Shown in pieces: positions 9,926 through 17,083 of a stretch of DNA of 62,040 nucleotides. The notes under the pieces are model-generated. The model ran no database searches. It was not told the DNA's origin and worked only from the letters and a program-made list of their open reading frames with translations. Every line of letters begins with the position of its first letter. Positions within the stretch are counted from its first letter, which is position 1. The DNA is taken from the NCBI GenBank assembly GCA_036555375.1, contig DATBLJ010000031.1, forward strand, positions 1 through 62,040, in the 5' to 3' direction. The translations under genes were made by a program, and so were the position numbers. The stretch is from Candidatus Limnocylindria bacterium (GTDB lineage Bacteria > Chloroflexota > Limnocylindria > QHBO01).

Positions 9926-10437
9926 CGCGATGCCGCCGCGACGTCTGCCGGCACCACGGCCTCGGCGATCTCGGACGCCCAGGCCGAGATCTCGGCCCAG
10001 TCACGGAAATCGCCGTAGGGAGCCTTCACGAGCTTCACGACAGCGCGCTCCGCGAATCCAAGGTCCCCGGGTGTCAGGCGACCGGCGAAAACCCGGTGGG
10101 CTCGCGCACCGGACATCTCGATCATCGCAACCGCGTCCAGAGGAACGTCGTCGGGCTTCTGGGCGCCGTCGAGCGGACCGCTCGAAAACAGCCACACGGG
10201 AAGCAGACGAAGCTCCGCCTGGAACCGGTCGATCAGCGCCTTGGCGGGCTCCAGCCAGCGACCGGCGTAGACGCCGCTGCCGATGACCACCGCATCCACC
10301 CCCTCCAGCGAGGTGACATCCGCCGCGTGGGTCGTGAATGCCTCGATGCCCTTCGCCTCGAGGGCAGCCGCGATCGCGTCGCCGATCTCATGCGTGGCGC
10401 CGTGTTTCGACGCGGTGCTGACAAGGATGCGAGTCAT
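9922..10437 (-). CDS. Flavodoxin-domain protein (HemG/Flavodoxin_5-like)
   Basis: The ATG at 10437 is preceded by GAAAGGCGG. The protein begins MTRILVSTASKHGATHEIGDAIA and contains VVIGSGVYAGRW. The upstream part of the track ORF is not coding-like. Confidence 0.8.
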   Translation of the reverse strand: MTRILVSTASKHGATHEIGDAIAAALEAKGIEAFTTHAADVTSLEGVDAVVIGSGVYAGRWLEPAKALIDRFQAELRLLPVWLFSSGPLDGAQKPDDVPLDAVAMIEMSGARAHRVFAGRLTPGDLGFAERAVVKLVKAPYGDFRDWAEISAWASEIAEAVVPADVAAASR

Positions 10438-10551
10438 GGTCCTGCCGCCTTTCGTGGTACAGCCAGTCCGGGATTCCTCTGCACGGCGAGGGTGGCGCAC
10501 CAGCCCCCCGCGGTCACCGGCCTAACGGCCCGTCGATTCGGGCCCTTCGCA

Positions 10552-10576
10552 CCTGCCGCCGCGACGCGGCGGCAGG
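10552..10576. promoter_or_regulatory. Perfect 25-bp palindrome CCTGCCGCCGCG-A-CGCGGCGGCAGG
   Basis: The 12-bp arms are perfectly complementary around a single central A. It sits 17 bp upstream of the ATG of the hypothetical/multicopper-oxidase operon, in the divergent intergenic region shared with the flavodoxin operon. Confidence 0.4.
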
Positions 10577-10593
10577 GCACCCTCGCGTCACGT

Positions 10594-11130
10594 ATGGCGA
10601 CGGCGACCGGAGAAGCGCACCTGCGCACGAGCCTCCACACCGAGCACGAGGTCGAGACCCTCGAGCGGCGGCTCCGTGCCCGTGGGCCAGAGGCCTGGCT
10701 GGGAATCAGCACTGACCGTGCTCCGCGCGGCATGCGTCGCTACGCGACCGACCTCCGCCTCGGAACCCCGTCCCGCGGCGCGCTGTCGGTGATCCACAAG
10801 TCGGCGTACGTGGACCTCGGCCCGGTCGCCATGGACGAGCGGGCGACGTTGACCGTCGAGATCAGCTGGCGATCGGCCAACCTCGCTCCGCTCTTTCCGG
10901 TGTTTTCCGGATGGCTCACGGCCCGACCAGGGGAAATCGCAATCGAGGGGCGCTATGTCCCGCCCGGCGGTCCGCTGGGCTTCGTTGCCGATCGTGCCCT
11001 CATGCACCGAGCTGCGCGCTGGACGGCGGACTGGGTCCTCCGGGAGCTCGATGGGGCTCCTCCGCGCCCAGCCCTGAGCCACGGATCCGATGCCGAACCG
11101 TTCAAACCCGATCCATCCGCCTTGACCTGA
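10594..11130 (+). CDS. Hypothetical protein, 178 aa
   Basis: The ATG at 10594 is in frame with track ORF 9889..11130. Only this distal part has a coding-like composition and G/C-rich third positions. No family recognised. The overlapping minus-strand ORF 10588..11148 looks like a shadow. Confidence 0.5.
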   Translation: MATATGEAHLRTSLHTEHEVETLERRLRARGPEAWLGISTDRAPRGMRRYATDLRLGTPSRGALSVIHKSAYVDLGPVAMDERATLTVEISWRSANLAPLFPVFSGWLTARPGEIAIEGRYVPPGGPLGFVADRALMHRAARWTADWVLRELDGAPPRPALSHGSDAEPFKPDPSALT

Positions 11131-11146
11131 GAAGGAGCAGTACACC

Positions 11147-12445
11147 ATGGGCCGTCTCTTCCTCTACGCCGCCGCTGTCACCAGCGTCATCGTGCTGACG
11201 CTCGTCTTCACCATCCTGACGGTGGGGTCGGCCGGTATCCCGTCCTCCAGTCCAGCGCCCAGCGCCGGCACCGGCGGCGATCCCGGCGCGCCCATCGGCG
11301 AGATCATGATCAGCGCCTTCGACCTGGGGTTCGATCCGTCCGAGGTCGACGTCCCCGAGCCCGGGACCTACACCGTCCACTTCACGAACACCGGCGCCAT
11401 CCTCCATGACCTCACCTTCGACGGCCAGCCCAGCCAGTCGGCGGAGCCGGGCGAGATGGTGATGTTCGACGTGGTCATCCCCGAGGGCGGCACGACGTTC
11501 CAGTGCACGGTCCCCGGCCACGCCGACGGCGGGATGACCGGCACGGTGACCGTCGCCGGTGCAGGCGGCGGGCACGAAGCGATGACGGCCGAGGAGATGC
11601 GGGACGTGGACGCCGCAGTCACCGCCCGATTTCCCGAGGAGACTTCGGCCCACGGTGGCCAGCTGCTCGAGCCGGAAATCCTGGCCGACGGGACGAAGGT
11701 CTTCGAGCTGACGGCATCGGTCATCCAGTGGGAAGTCGAGAAGGGGCATTTCGTCGAGGCGTGGGCCTACAACGGCATGGTTCCGGGGCCGGAAATCCGC
11801 GTCCAGCTGGGCGACCGGGTTCGGATCGTCCTCCACAACGAGCTGGACGTCCCGACCACCCTTCATTCGCATGGCTTGATCGTCCCGAACGCGATGGACG
11901 GCGTGCCGGCCATCACCCAGGACGCGATCCTGCCCGGCGAGAGCTTCACCTACGAGTTCACGGTCCGGAACTCGGGTTCGCACATGTATCACAGCCATTT
12001 CATGGCGCAGCGCCAGGTGCCGATGGGCCTGCTCGGCGCGTTCGTCGTCGAGGACCCGGCCGATCCGCCGGTCGATGTCGACACGGCCATGATCCTGAAC
12101 GACGGGCCACTTGGGTTCACGATCAACGGCAAGGGGTTCCCGGCCACCGCACCGATCGTGGCCACCCAGGGCCAGCTGATCCGGGTCCGGTACATGAACG
12201 AAGGGCTTCAGATCCATCCCATGCACCTGCACGGGATCCCGCAGCAGGTCATTGCGGTCGATGGGTACCCGTTGGAGCATCCGTACTACCAGGACACCGT
12301 CCTGGTGGCCCCCGGTCAGCGCGTCGACGTGCTCATCCGGGCCAGCGAGCTTGGCGTCTGGGCATTCCACTGCCACATCCTGAGCCACGCCGAGAGCGAC
12401 GAGGGGATGTTCGGGATGGTGACCGCCCTGATCGTCACTGAGTAG
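11147..12445 (+). CDS. Membrane-anchored multicopper oxidase: an N-terminal plastocyanin-like cupredoxin fused to a two-domain (SLAC-like) MCO
   Basis: SD GAAGGAG upstream. N-terminal TM segment. Blue-copper ligand pattern in domain 0 (ILHDL ... CTVPGHADGGM). MCO copper motifs HSHG, HMYHSH, HPMHLHG and HCHILSHAESDEGM. Confidence 0.85.
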   Translation: MGRLFLYAAAVTSVIVLTLVFTILTVGSAGIPSSSPAPSAGTGGDPGAPIGEIMISAFDLGFDPSEVDVPEPGTYTVHFTNTGAILHDLTFDGQPSQSAEPGEMVMFDVVIPEGGTTFQCTVPGHADGGMTGTVTVAGAGGGHEAMTAEEMRDVDAAVTARFPEETSAHGGQLLEPEILADGTKVFELTASVIQWEVEKGHFVEAWAYNGMVPGPEIRVQLGDRVRIVLHNELDVPTTLHSHGLIVPNAMDGVPAITQDAILPGESFTYEFTVRNSGSHMYHSHFMAQRQVPMGLLGAFVVEDPADPPVDVDTAMILNDGPLGFTINGKGFPATAPIVATQGQLIRVRYMNEGLQIHPMHLHGIPQQVIAVDGYPLEHPYYQDTVLVAPGQRVDVLIRASELGVWAFHCHILSHAESDEGMFGMVTALIVTE

Positions 12446-12463
12446 CGGTGACGGGGGAGCGGG

Positions 12464-12877
12464 CTAGGCGGCTTCCGCCTGGGGGAAGGTGACCTCGATC
12501 AGCGGGCTGCGCTCCATGAACAGCTCGATGTGGTCGGACGATCGCCAGTTGCTGGCCACCTGTTCCATGACCCGGCGCCGCTCGACCGGCTCCGTGATGG
12601 GGCGAGCAAGCGCCGGCAAGTCCGCCTGGACTGGCCCGACCAGGTGGAACGTGATGTCCGGGTTGGCGAGGACGTTCGCGTACCAGTCGCGGCGGCCGGG
12701 CTTGCCGCTGACGATCACGCGGCCGTCGATGTTGTGGAAGACGAGCTCGATCCGGCGCGGCTGGCCGCTCTTGCGTCCGGTGGTCGTCATGTGAAACAGG
12801 TGGCCCCGCGAGAGGGCATGCGCGATCTGCGGGTCGGGGTGGATGGGGGTCGGGGTGAGGACGGGGTCGCTTTGCAT
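12464..12877 (-). CDS. Deazaflavin (F420)-dependent oxidoreductase, nitroreductase/DUF385 family
   Basis: The ATG at 12877 gives MQSDP... Motifs TTTGRKSGQPRRIELVF, DGRVIVSGKPGRRDWYANVLANPDITFHL are typical of DUF385. The upstream 66 codons of the track ORF are non-coding-like intergenic sequence. Confidence 0.75.
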   Translation of the reverse strand: MQSDPVLTPTPIHPDPQIAHALSRGHLFHMTTTGRKSGQPRRIELVFHNIDGRVIVSGKPGRRDWYANVLANPDITFHLVGPVQADLPALARPITEPVERRRVMEQVASNWRSSDHIELFMERSPLIEVTFPQAEAA

Positions 12878-12990
12878 ATCAAAGCGAAAGGTAGCCGAAA
12901 ACCTCACCGGGCGCAAAAACGCCCCGGAGGAACCTCGCGGGCCCCTTGATGCAATCTCGGGACTCGCCCGGCTCCTCCGGGACAACCGGA

Positions 12991-13019
12991 ACAATAGGGG
13001 ACGGCGACCGATCCGCCAA
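12991..13019 (-). promoter_or_regulatory. Sigma70-like promoter: TTGGCG - 17 nt - TATTGT (read on the minus strand)
   Basis: The -35 is the plus-strand CGCCAA at 13014-13019 and the -10 is the plus-strand ACAATA at 12991-12996, with exactly 17 nt between them. It would drive a leader of about 105 nt into the DUF385 gene. Confidence 0.4.
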
Positions 13020-13024
13020 TAGCC

Positions 13025-13076
13025 CTTATCCACGAATTGCGGGGATTCTCGGGGACTTATCCACGGCCCATCCACG
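13025..13076 (-). repeat. Three direct repeats CGTGGATAAG / CGTGGATAAG / CGTGGATGGG (plus-strand CTTATCCACG x2 and CCATCCACG), DnaA-box-like
   Basis: Perfect decamers at 13025-13034 and 13056-13065, 31 bp apart and in the same orientation, with a degenerate copy at 13067-13076. They sit in a lower-GC intergenic stretch directly upstream of the predicted -35. Confidence 0.6.
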
Positions 13077-13117
13077 ACCCGGAGCGTGCCCGAGATCAGC
13101 GCGCCGCTCGCGGCCGA

Positions 13118-13963
13118 TCAGTTGGGGACGAAGATCGGCAGCAGGTAGTGGTTCGTCAGGCCGGCCAGGTTGAGCCAGGTCGCGATCACGAGGAACGCAA
13201 CGAAGGCGCCGACCACGACCCACGACCAGCCGTCCATCTTCAGCCGGCGGAACCAGGTGCGGCGCCCGATCCCGAATCCACGCAGGTCCATCGAGTCGAT
13301 CGTGTCCTCGGCCCCGGTCAACGAGCCCACGGTGACCGGCACGAACACCGGGGCGAGGCGCTTGAGGCGGGCCACCGGGCCGCCGCCCCGTTGGAGCGGG
13401 TCGAAGCCGCGGACCCGCTGCGCGTCGATCGTCTCGGTGAACTCCTCCGACAGGGTCGGGATGAAGCGGACGGTGAGGTCGACCATGACCGGCAGTCGGT
13501 TCCCCAACCCCAGCTGGTGGAGCGCCGGCCCGAAGTCGCCGGGGGCGATCGCGTAGGCGACCGGGAAGCCGACCGCCGCGATGGCCACGAACCGCAGGAC
13601 CTGGGTGATGACCAGGCTGAGCCCCTCGGCGGTGACCTCCGCCCCGAACGGCGGGATCGTGAACAGGACGTGGGTGTCCGTGCCCGAGAACCCGCCAGAC
13701 TGGCCACCGGTGATCAGGGCGTTGATGCACGCGACGGCGGTGATGACGACGAGCAGGTACGCCCATTGGCGCCGGACGGTCCGCCAGGGGATGGAGGCCA
13801 GGGCGTAGTAGCCCAGGGCCAGGATCGCGACGACGAGCAGGTGGCGCGCGTCACGCAGCTGCGGCGCCCCGATCACGAACAGGAACGCGGCGAGCAGCAA
13901 CGACCGAGGGTCGCGGCGGGCGAGCCACGACCCTCGGCCCAGGTACGCAAACGCGGCCCGCAT
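13118..13963 (-). CDS. ecfT: ECF transporter transmembrane (T) component, CbiQ/EcfT family
   Basis: 281 aa and polytopic, with the conserved cytoplasmic coupling region IDAQRVRGFDP (Ala-Arg-Gly type). It is the last gene of the ECF string. Confidence 0.85.
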   Translation of the reverse strand: MRAAFAYLGRGSWLARRDPRSLLLAAFLFVIGAPQLRDARHLLVVAILALGYYALASIPWRTVRRQWAYLLVVITAVACINALITGGQSGGFSGTDTHVLFTIPPFGAEVTAEGLSLVITQVLRFVAIAAVGFPVAYAIAPGDFGPALHQLGLGNRLPVMVDLTVRFIPTLSEEFTETIDAQRVRGFDPLQRGGGPVARLKRLAPVFVPVTVGSLTGAEDTIDSMDLRGFGIGRRTWFRRLKMDGWSWVVVGAFVAFLVIATWLNLAGLTNHYLLPIFVPN

Positions 13964-13983
13964 GCGCGGCGCGCGTCAGGCGG

Positions 13984-14568
13984 CTAGCGCCCCATCTGTG
14001 CCGAGATCGGCTCCCAGGCGAGGACGAGGATGGGGGTCACGATCGCGGCCGCGATCGAATTCGCAATCACGGTCGGGATGTACTCCTCGGTCAGGATCGC
14101 GTTGAAGCCCATCTCCGACTGGGTCACCAACTCGACGAAGATGAAGAGGAAGCCGATCAGGGTGGCCACCACGCCGGCCACGGCCGACCAGGCCGCCTTG
14201 CTGCCAACGCTCTGCATCCGGCTGGCGAGCATGAACGGGAACAGGCCGGCGACGAGGCCAGCGAGCCCGTTGGCCACGCTCCACGGCCACGAGGTGAAGG
14301 CGCCCCAGCCGGTGAGCTGGTCGCCGACCACGTTGCCGATGAAGCCGGTCAGGAACCCGACGATCGGTCCGAACGCGAAGCCGAAGAACGTCAGCAGCCC
14401 GTAGTGCGGGCGCACGCTCACGTTGTTCGCACCCGGGATGGCGATCGCGAACGAGATCCAGTTGAAGAGCGCGTACAGCGCCGCTCCGATGGCGGCGTAC
14501 ACGATGACCCGGGTCGTGACCGACCACGGGCTGGTGGATGGGGATGGGGACTCGGCGACGGCAGTCAT
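13984..14568 (-). CDS. ECF transporter substrate-specific (S) component, substrate unknown
   Basis: The ATG at 14568 follows a GGAGGA SD and lies 23 nt after the ATPase stop. About 6 TM segments, with Gly-rich helices (FGFAFGPIVGFLTGFIGNVVGDQLTGWG) typical of ECF S units. Confidence 0.7.
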   Translation of the reverse strand: MTAVAESPSPSTSPWSVTTRVIVYAAIGAALYALFNWISFAIAIPGANNVSVRPHYGLLTFFGFAFGPIVGFLTGFIGNVVGDQLTGWGAFTSWPWSVANGLAGLVAGLFPFMLASRMQSVGSKAAWSAVAGVVATLIGFLFIFVELVTQSEMGFNAILTEEYIPTVIANSIAAAIVTPILVLAWEPISAQMGR

Positions 14569-14590
14569 GGGCGAAATGCTTCCTCCGATG

Positions 14591-16240
14591 TCAGTGCGCT
14601 TGGTGGCTGAGCTGGGCGGCGAGGGCCTCGGGACCGAGGAATCGGCTGCCCCGGACACCATGCTGGCGGTTCGCCTCCATGAGCGAGGTCTCGCGCAGGT
14701 TGCAGGCCCGCCAGCGGTCCCGATCCTGGACGACCTCGTGGGGCGTCCCGTCGGCGGCGATCCGACCGTCCTTCAGCAGGATGATCCGATCGGCGGTGGT
14801 CAGGGCCAGGTCCACGTCGTGGGTGACGAAGTAGATGCTCTCCAGTCCGGCGATCCGTTCCACCTCCCTCATGAACGCGGTGGCGCTTCGATAGTCCTGT
14901 CCGGCCGAGGGTTCGTCAAGCACCAGCGTACGCGGTTCGAGGGCCAGGGCGACCGCAATCGCGAGCCGCTTCTGCTGGCCGTGGGAGAGGGTCCGGGGCG
15001 GCCGCTCGCCGACCTCAGGCTCCTCGTCCAGGCCCACCCGCGTCAGGGACGTCGCGACGAGCCCGTCGAAGCCGTCGGGGTCGCGCAACAGGTTGCGCGG
15101 CCCGAACAGGAGCTCCTCGCGGACCGTGGCCGCGAACAGCATCTGCGAGGGGTTCTGGAACACGTAGCCGAAGGTGGTCGCCAGCTCGGCCACGCCCCGC
15201 CCGGCGATGGTCGCCCCGTCGACCAGGACGTCCCCGGCGGTCAGTGGCCGCAGCCCGATGGCGGACTTGAACAGCGTCGTCTTGCCCGACCCGTTGGGTC
15301 CCAGCACGGCGACCCGCTCGTGGGCCCCCAGCGCGGCCGAGATCTCGTGGAGGACCGTTCGATCGTCGTACCCGGCGTCCACGCCCCGCCATTCGATCCG
15401 CGGCGCCTGCCCGTTGGCCACCACATCCGCGTCGCTGTCCGATGAGGCCGATGGCGCCGCGCCCGCCCGGGCGCGGCGCAGCCACGCGTCGAACGGCAGC
15501 TTGACCCGGGTAGGGTCCGCCGTCTCGAGGAAGCCGGCCATCGAGCCCAGGTACCGGATCGCCCCGTCCTCCATGTACAGGGCGCGTTCTGGGCGGGCCT
15601 CCAGCACGTCCTCGATCCGATGCTCGACGAGGACCACCGCGGTCCCCTCGTCGGCGAGACGGCGGACGAGAGCCAGCAGCCGGCTGGCGGACGCCGGATC
15701 CAGGTTGGCAAGCGGCTCATCGAGGACGAGCAGCCGCGGTCGGAGCATGAGCGCGCCACCGATCGCGATCTGCTGGGCCTCGCCGCCGGACAGCTCATCG
15801 GTCGTGCGCCCCAGCAGGGGCTCGAGCCCGCTGGCGGCCGCGACCGCGACCAGCCGGCGTCCGATCTCCTCGTGCTCGACGCCGAGGTTCTCCGGCCCGA
15901 AGGTCAGCTCGGCGGGGACGGTCGAGGCCACGAGCTGGCGGGTCGGCTCCTGGATGACCGTCCCGACGACCGTGGCCAGCCCCTTGAGGGTCGTCGCCCG
16001 GGTATCGAGCCCGCCCACCCGGACCGAGCCGGTCAGCTCACCGCTGTACGAGTGGGGGATGAGGCCGTTCAACGCTCGGATGAGGGTCGACTTGCCGCAC
16101 CCCGAGGGGCCGGCCACGAGGAGCACCTCGCCGGGCTGGATCTCGAGGGCGATGTCGCGCAGGGCGGGCTCGATCCCGCGCCGGTATCGGAAGGAGAGGC
16201 CCTCGACGACGACGACCGGATCGGTCGTCGGGTTCGTCAT
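14591..16240 (-). CDS. ecfA: Fused double-NBD ECF ATPase (EcfA1-EcfA2 fusion)
   Basis: 549 aa with two Walker A sites (GPSGCGKSTL and GPNGSGKTTL), two signatures (LSGGEAQQ and LSHGQQKR) and two Walker B sites (LVLDEP twice). Confidence 0.92.
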   Translation of the reverse strand: MTNPTTDPVVVVEGLSFRYRRGIEPALRDIALEIQPGEVLLVAGPSGCGKSTLIRALNGLIPHSYSGELTGSVRVGGLDTRATTLKGLATVVGTVIQEPTRQLVASTVPAELTFGPENLGVEHEEIGRRLVAVAAASGLEPLLGRTTDELSGGEAQQIAIGGALMLRPRLLVLDEPLANLDPASASRLLALVRRLADEGTAVVLVEHRIEDVLEARPERALYMEDGAIRYLGSMAGFLETADPTRVKLPFDAWLRRARAGAAPSASSDSDADVVANGQAPRIEWRGVDAGYDDRTVLHEISAALGAHERVAVLGPNGSGKTTLFKSAIGLRPLTAGDVLVDGATIAGRGVAELATTFGYVFQNPSQMLFAATVREELLFGPRNLLRDPDGFDGLVATSLTRVGLDEEPEVGERPPRTLSHGQQKRLAIAVALALEPRTLVLDEPSAGQDYRSATAFMREVERIAGLESIYFVTHDVDLALTTADRIILLKDGRIAADGTPHEVVQDRDRWRACNLRETSLMEANRQHGVRGSRFLGPEALAAQLSHQAH

Positions 16241-17058
16241 GCGACGGTGATCCGGATGGGCTGGTCCTGGGCCAGGCCCAGCCGCTCGGCGGCGTTCCCC
16301 TGGTTGACCGCCACGGTCAGGCGGTCGTAGCTGTCGACGTAGAGCATCGGCTCACCCGTCGCGACGTTGCCGAAGGTGTCGGACCAGGCCATGTCCCGGG
16401 CCGGGGCACCGTTGGCCTCGATCCGGACCGCGCGACCGGGGTGCATCGGTCCGGCGGAAGCCTCCAGGTCGGCCCGCATGCCGGCCAGCTTGCAGTTCCC
16501 GAAGGTGTCGACGTAGACGACGCTGGTCGCCACCCCTCCCGGAATGGCGGTGGCCGGCGGGATGTCGAGCGCGACGAGCGACGCCGGGTCGAGCGCCGGC
16601 CCGAGCTCGCCGACCGGCACGCCACTCGCCAGGTGGGCGACCGCCGGGGCGAAGATGTCGCGCCCGTGGAAGCTGGTGCTGACCGGATGGAGCCGGTACG
16701 CCTCGCTGGTCAGCTCGTGGGCGGCGACCACCCCGCCCAGCTTCTCCGCGGCCGGCATCAGCAGCCCGTTGTCCGGCCCGATCAGGACGTCGCCACGGCC
16801 CGTGGTGACCGCCACCGGGCGGCGCGCGGTGCCGACCCCCGGATCCACGACCGCCATGTGGGTCCCCACCGGCAGGAACGGCAGCGCGCACCACAGCATC
16901 AGCGCGCCGTCGCGGATCGCGAACTTCGTGACGTCGTGGCTGATATGGATCACGGCTGCTTCGCGGCAGATGCCCAGGATCACGCCCTCGCAGATCGCGC
17001 CCGAGGGATCCCGGGCGCCGAAGTCGGTGAGGATGCTGACCACCGGGCGAGGCGACAT
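16237..17058 (-). CDS. DUF62 family SAM hydrolase (S-adenosyl-L-methionine hydroxide adenosyltransferase; chlorinase/fluorinase-related)
   Basis: SILTDFGARDPSGAICEGVI, THMAVVDPGVGTARRP and LIGPDNGLL match the DUF62/SalL/FlA fold family. Its stop forms an ATGA overlap with the ecfA start. A TACCAT box (17067-17072) lies 8 nt upstream of the ATG. Confidence 0.85.
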   Translation of the reverse strand: MSPRPVVSILTDFGARDPSGAICEGVILGICREAAVIHISHDVTKFAIRDGALMLWCALPFLPVGTHMAVVDPGVGTARRPVAVTTGRGDVLIGPDNGLLMPAAEKLGGVVAAHELTSEAYRLHPVSTSFHGRDIFAPAVAHLASGVPVGELGPALDPASLVALDIPPATAIPGGVATSVVYVDTFGNCKLAGMRADLEASAGPMHPGRAVRIEANGAPARDMAWSDTFGNVATGEPMLYVDSYDRLTVAVNQGNAAERLGLAQDQPIRITVA

Positions 17059-17083
17059 GGGAGCCGATGGTAGCCGGAGCGGC

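Noticed and set aside
10438-10593. DosR/DevR-type box (GGGACTnnAGTCCC) upstream of the flavodoxin-cupin operon next to the NarL-type two-component system
   Set aside because: Only a loose AGTCCGGGATT element is present. Its half-site order and spacing do not fit the 20-bp DevR palindrome.
10588-11148. 186-aa minus-strand ORF opposite the hypothetical gene
   Set aside because: Its composition is Arg/Gly-rich and it has no motifs. The plus-strand frame has better codon bias and feeds directly into the SD of the multicopper oxidase gene.
13025-13076. Chromosomal replication origin, suggested by the TTATCCAC boxes
   Set aside because: Only two perfect boxes and one degenerate box are present, all in one orientation. 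There is no AT-rich unwinding element and no dnaA, dnaN or other origin-linked genes nearby.
13020-13117. ZTP (pfl) riboswitch, suggested by GGGTCGTGGATGGGCC on the minus strand resembling GGGUCGUGACUGGCG
   Set aside because: The second ZTP sub-domain (CCGCCUGGGC-type pseudoknot partner) is absent. The match is the direct-repeat element itself, and the gene context (F420-type oxidoreductase) is atypical.
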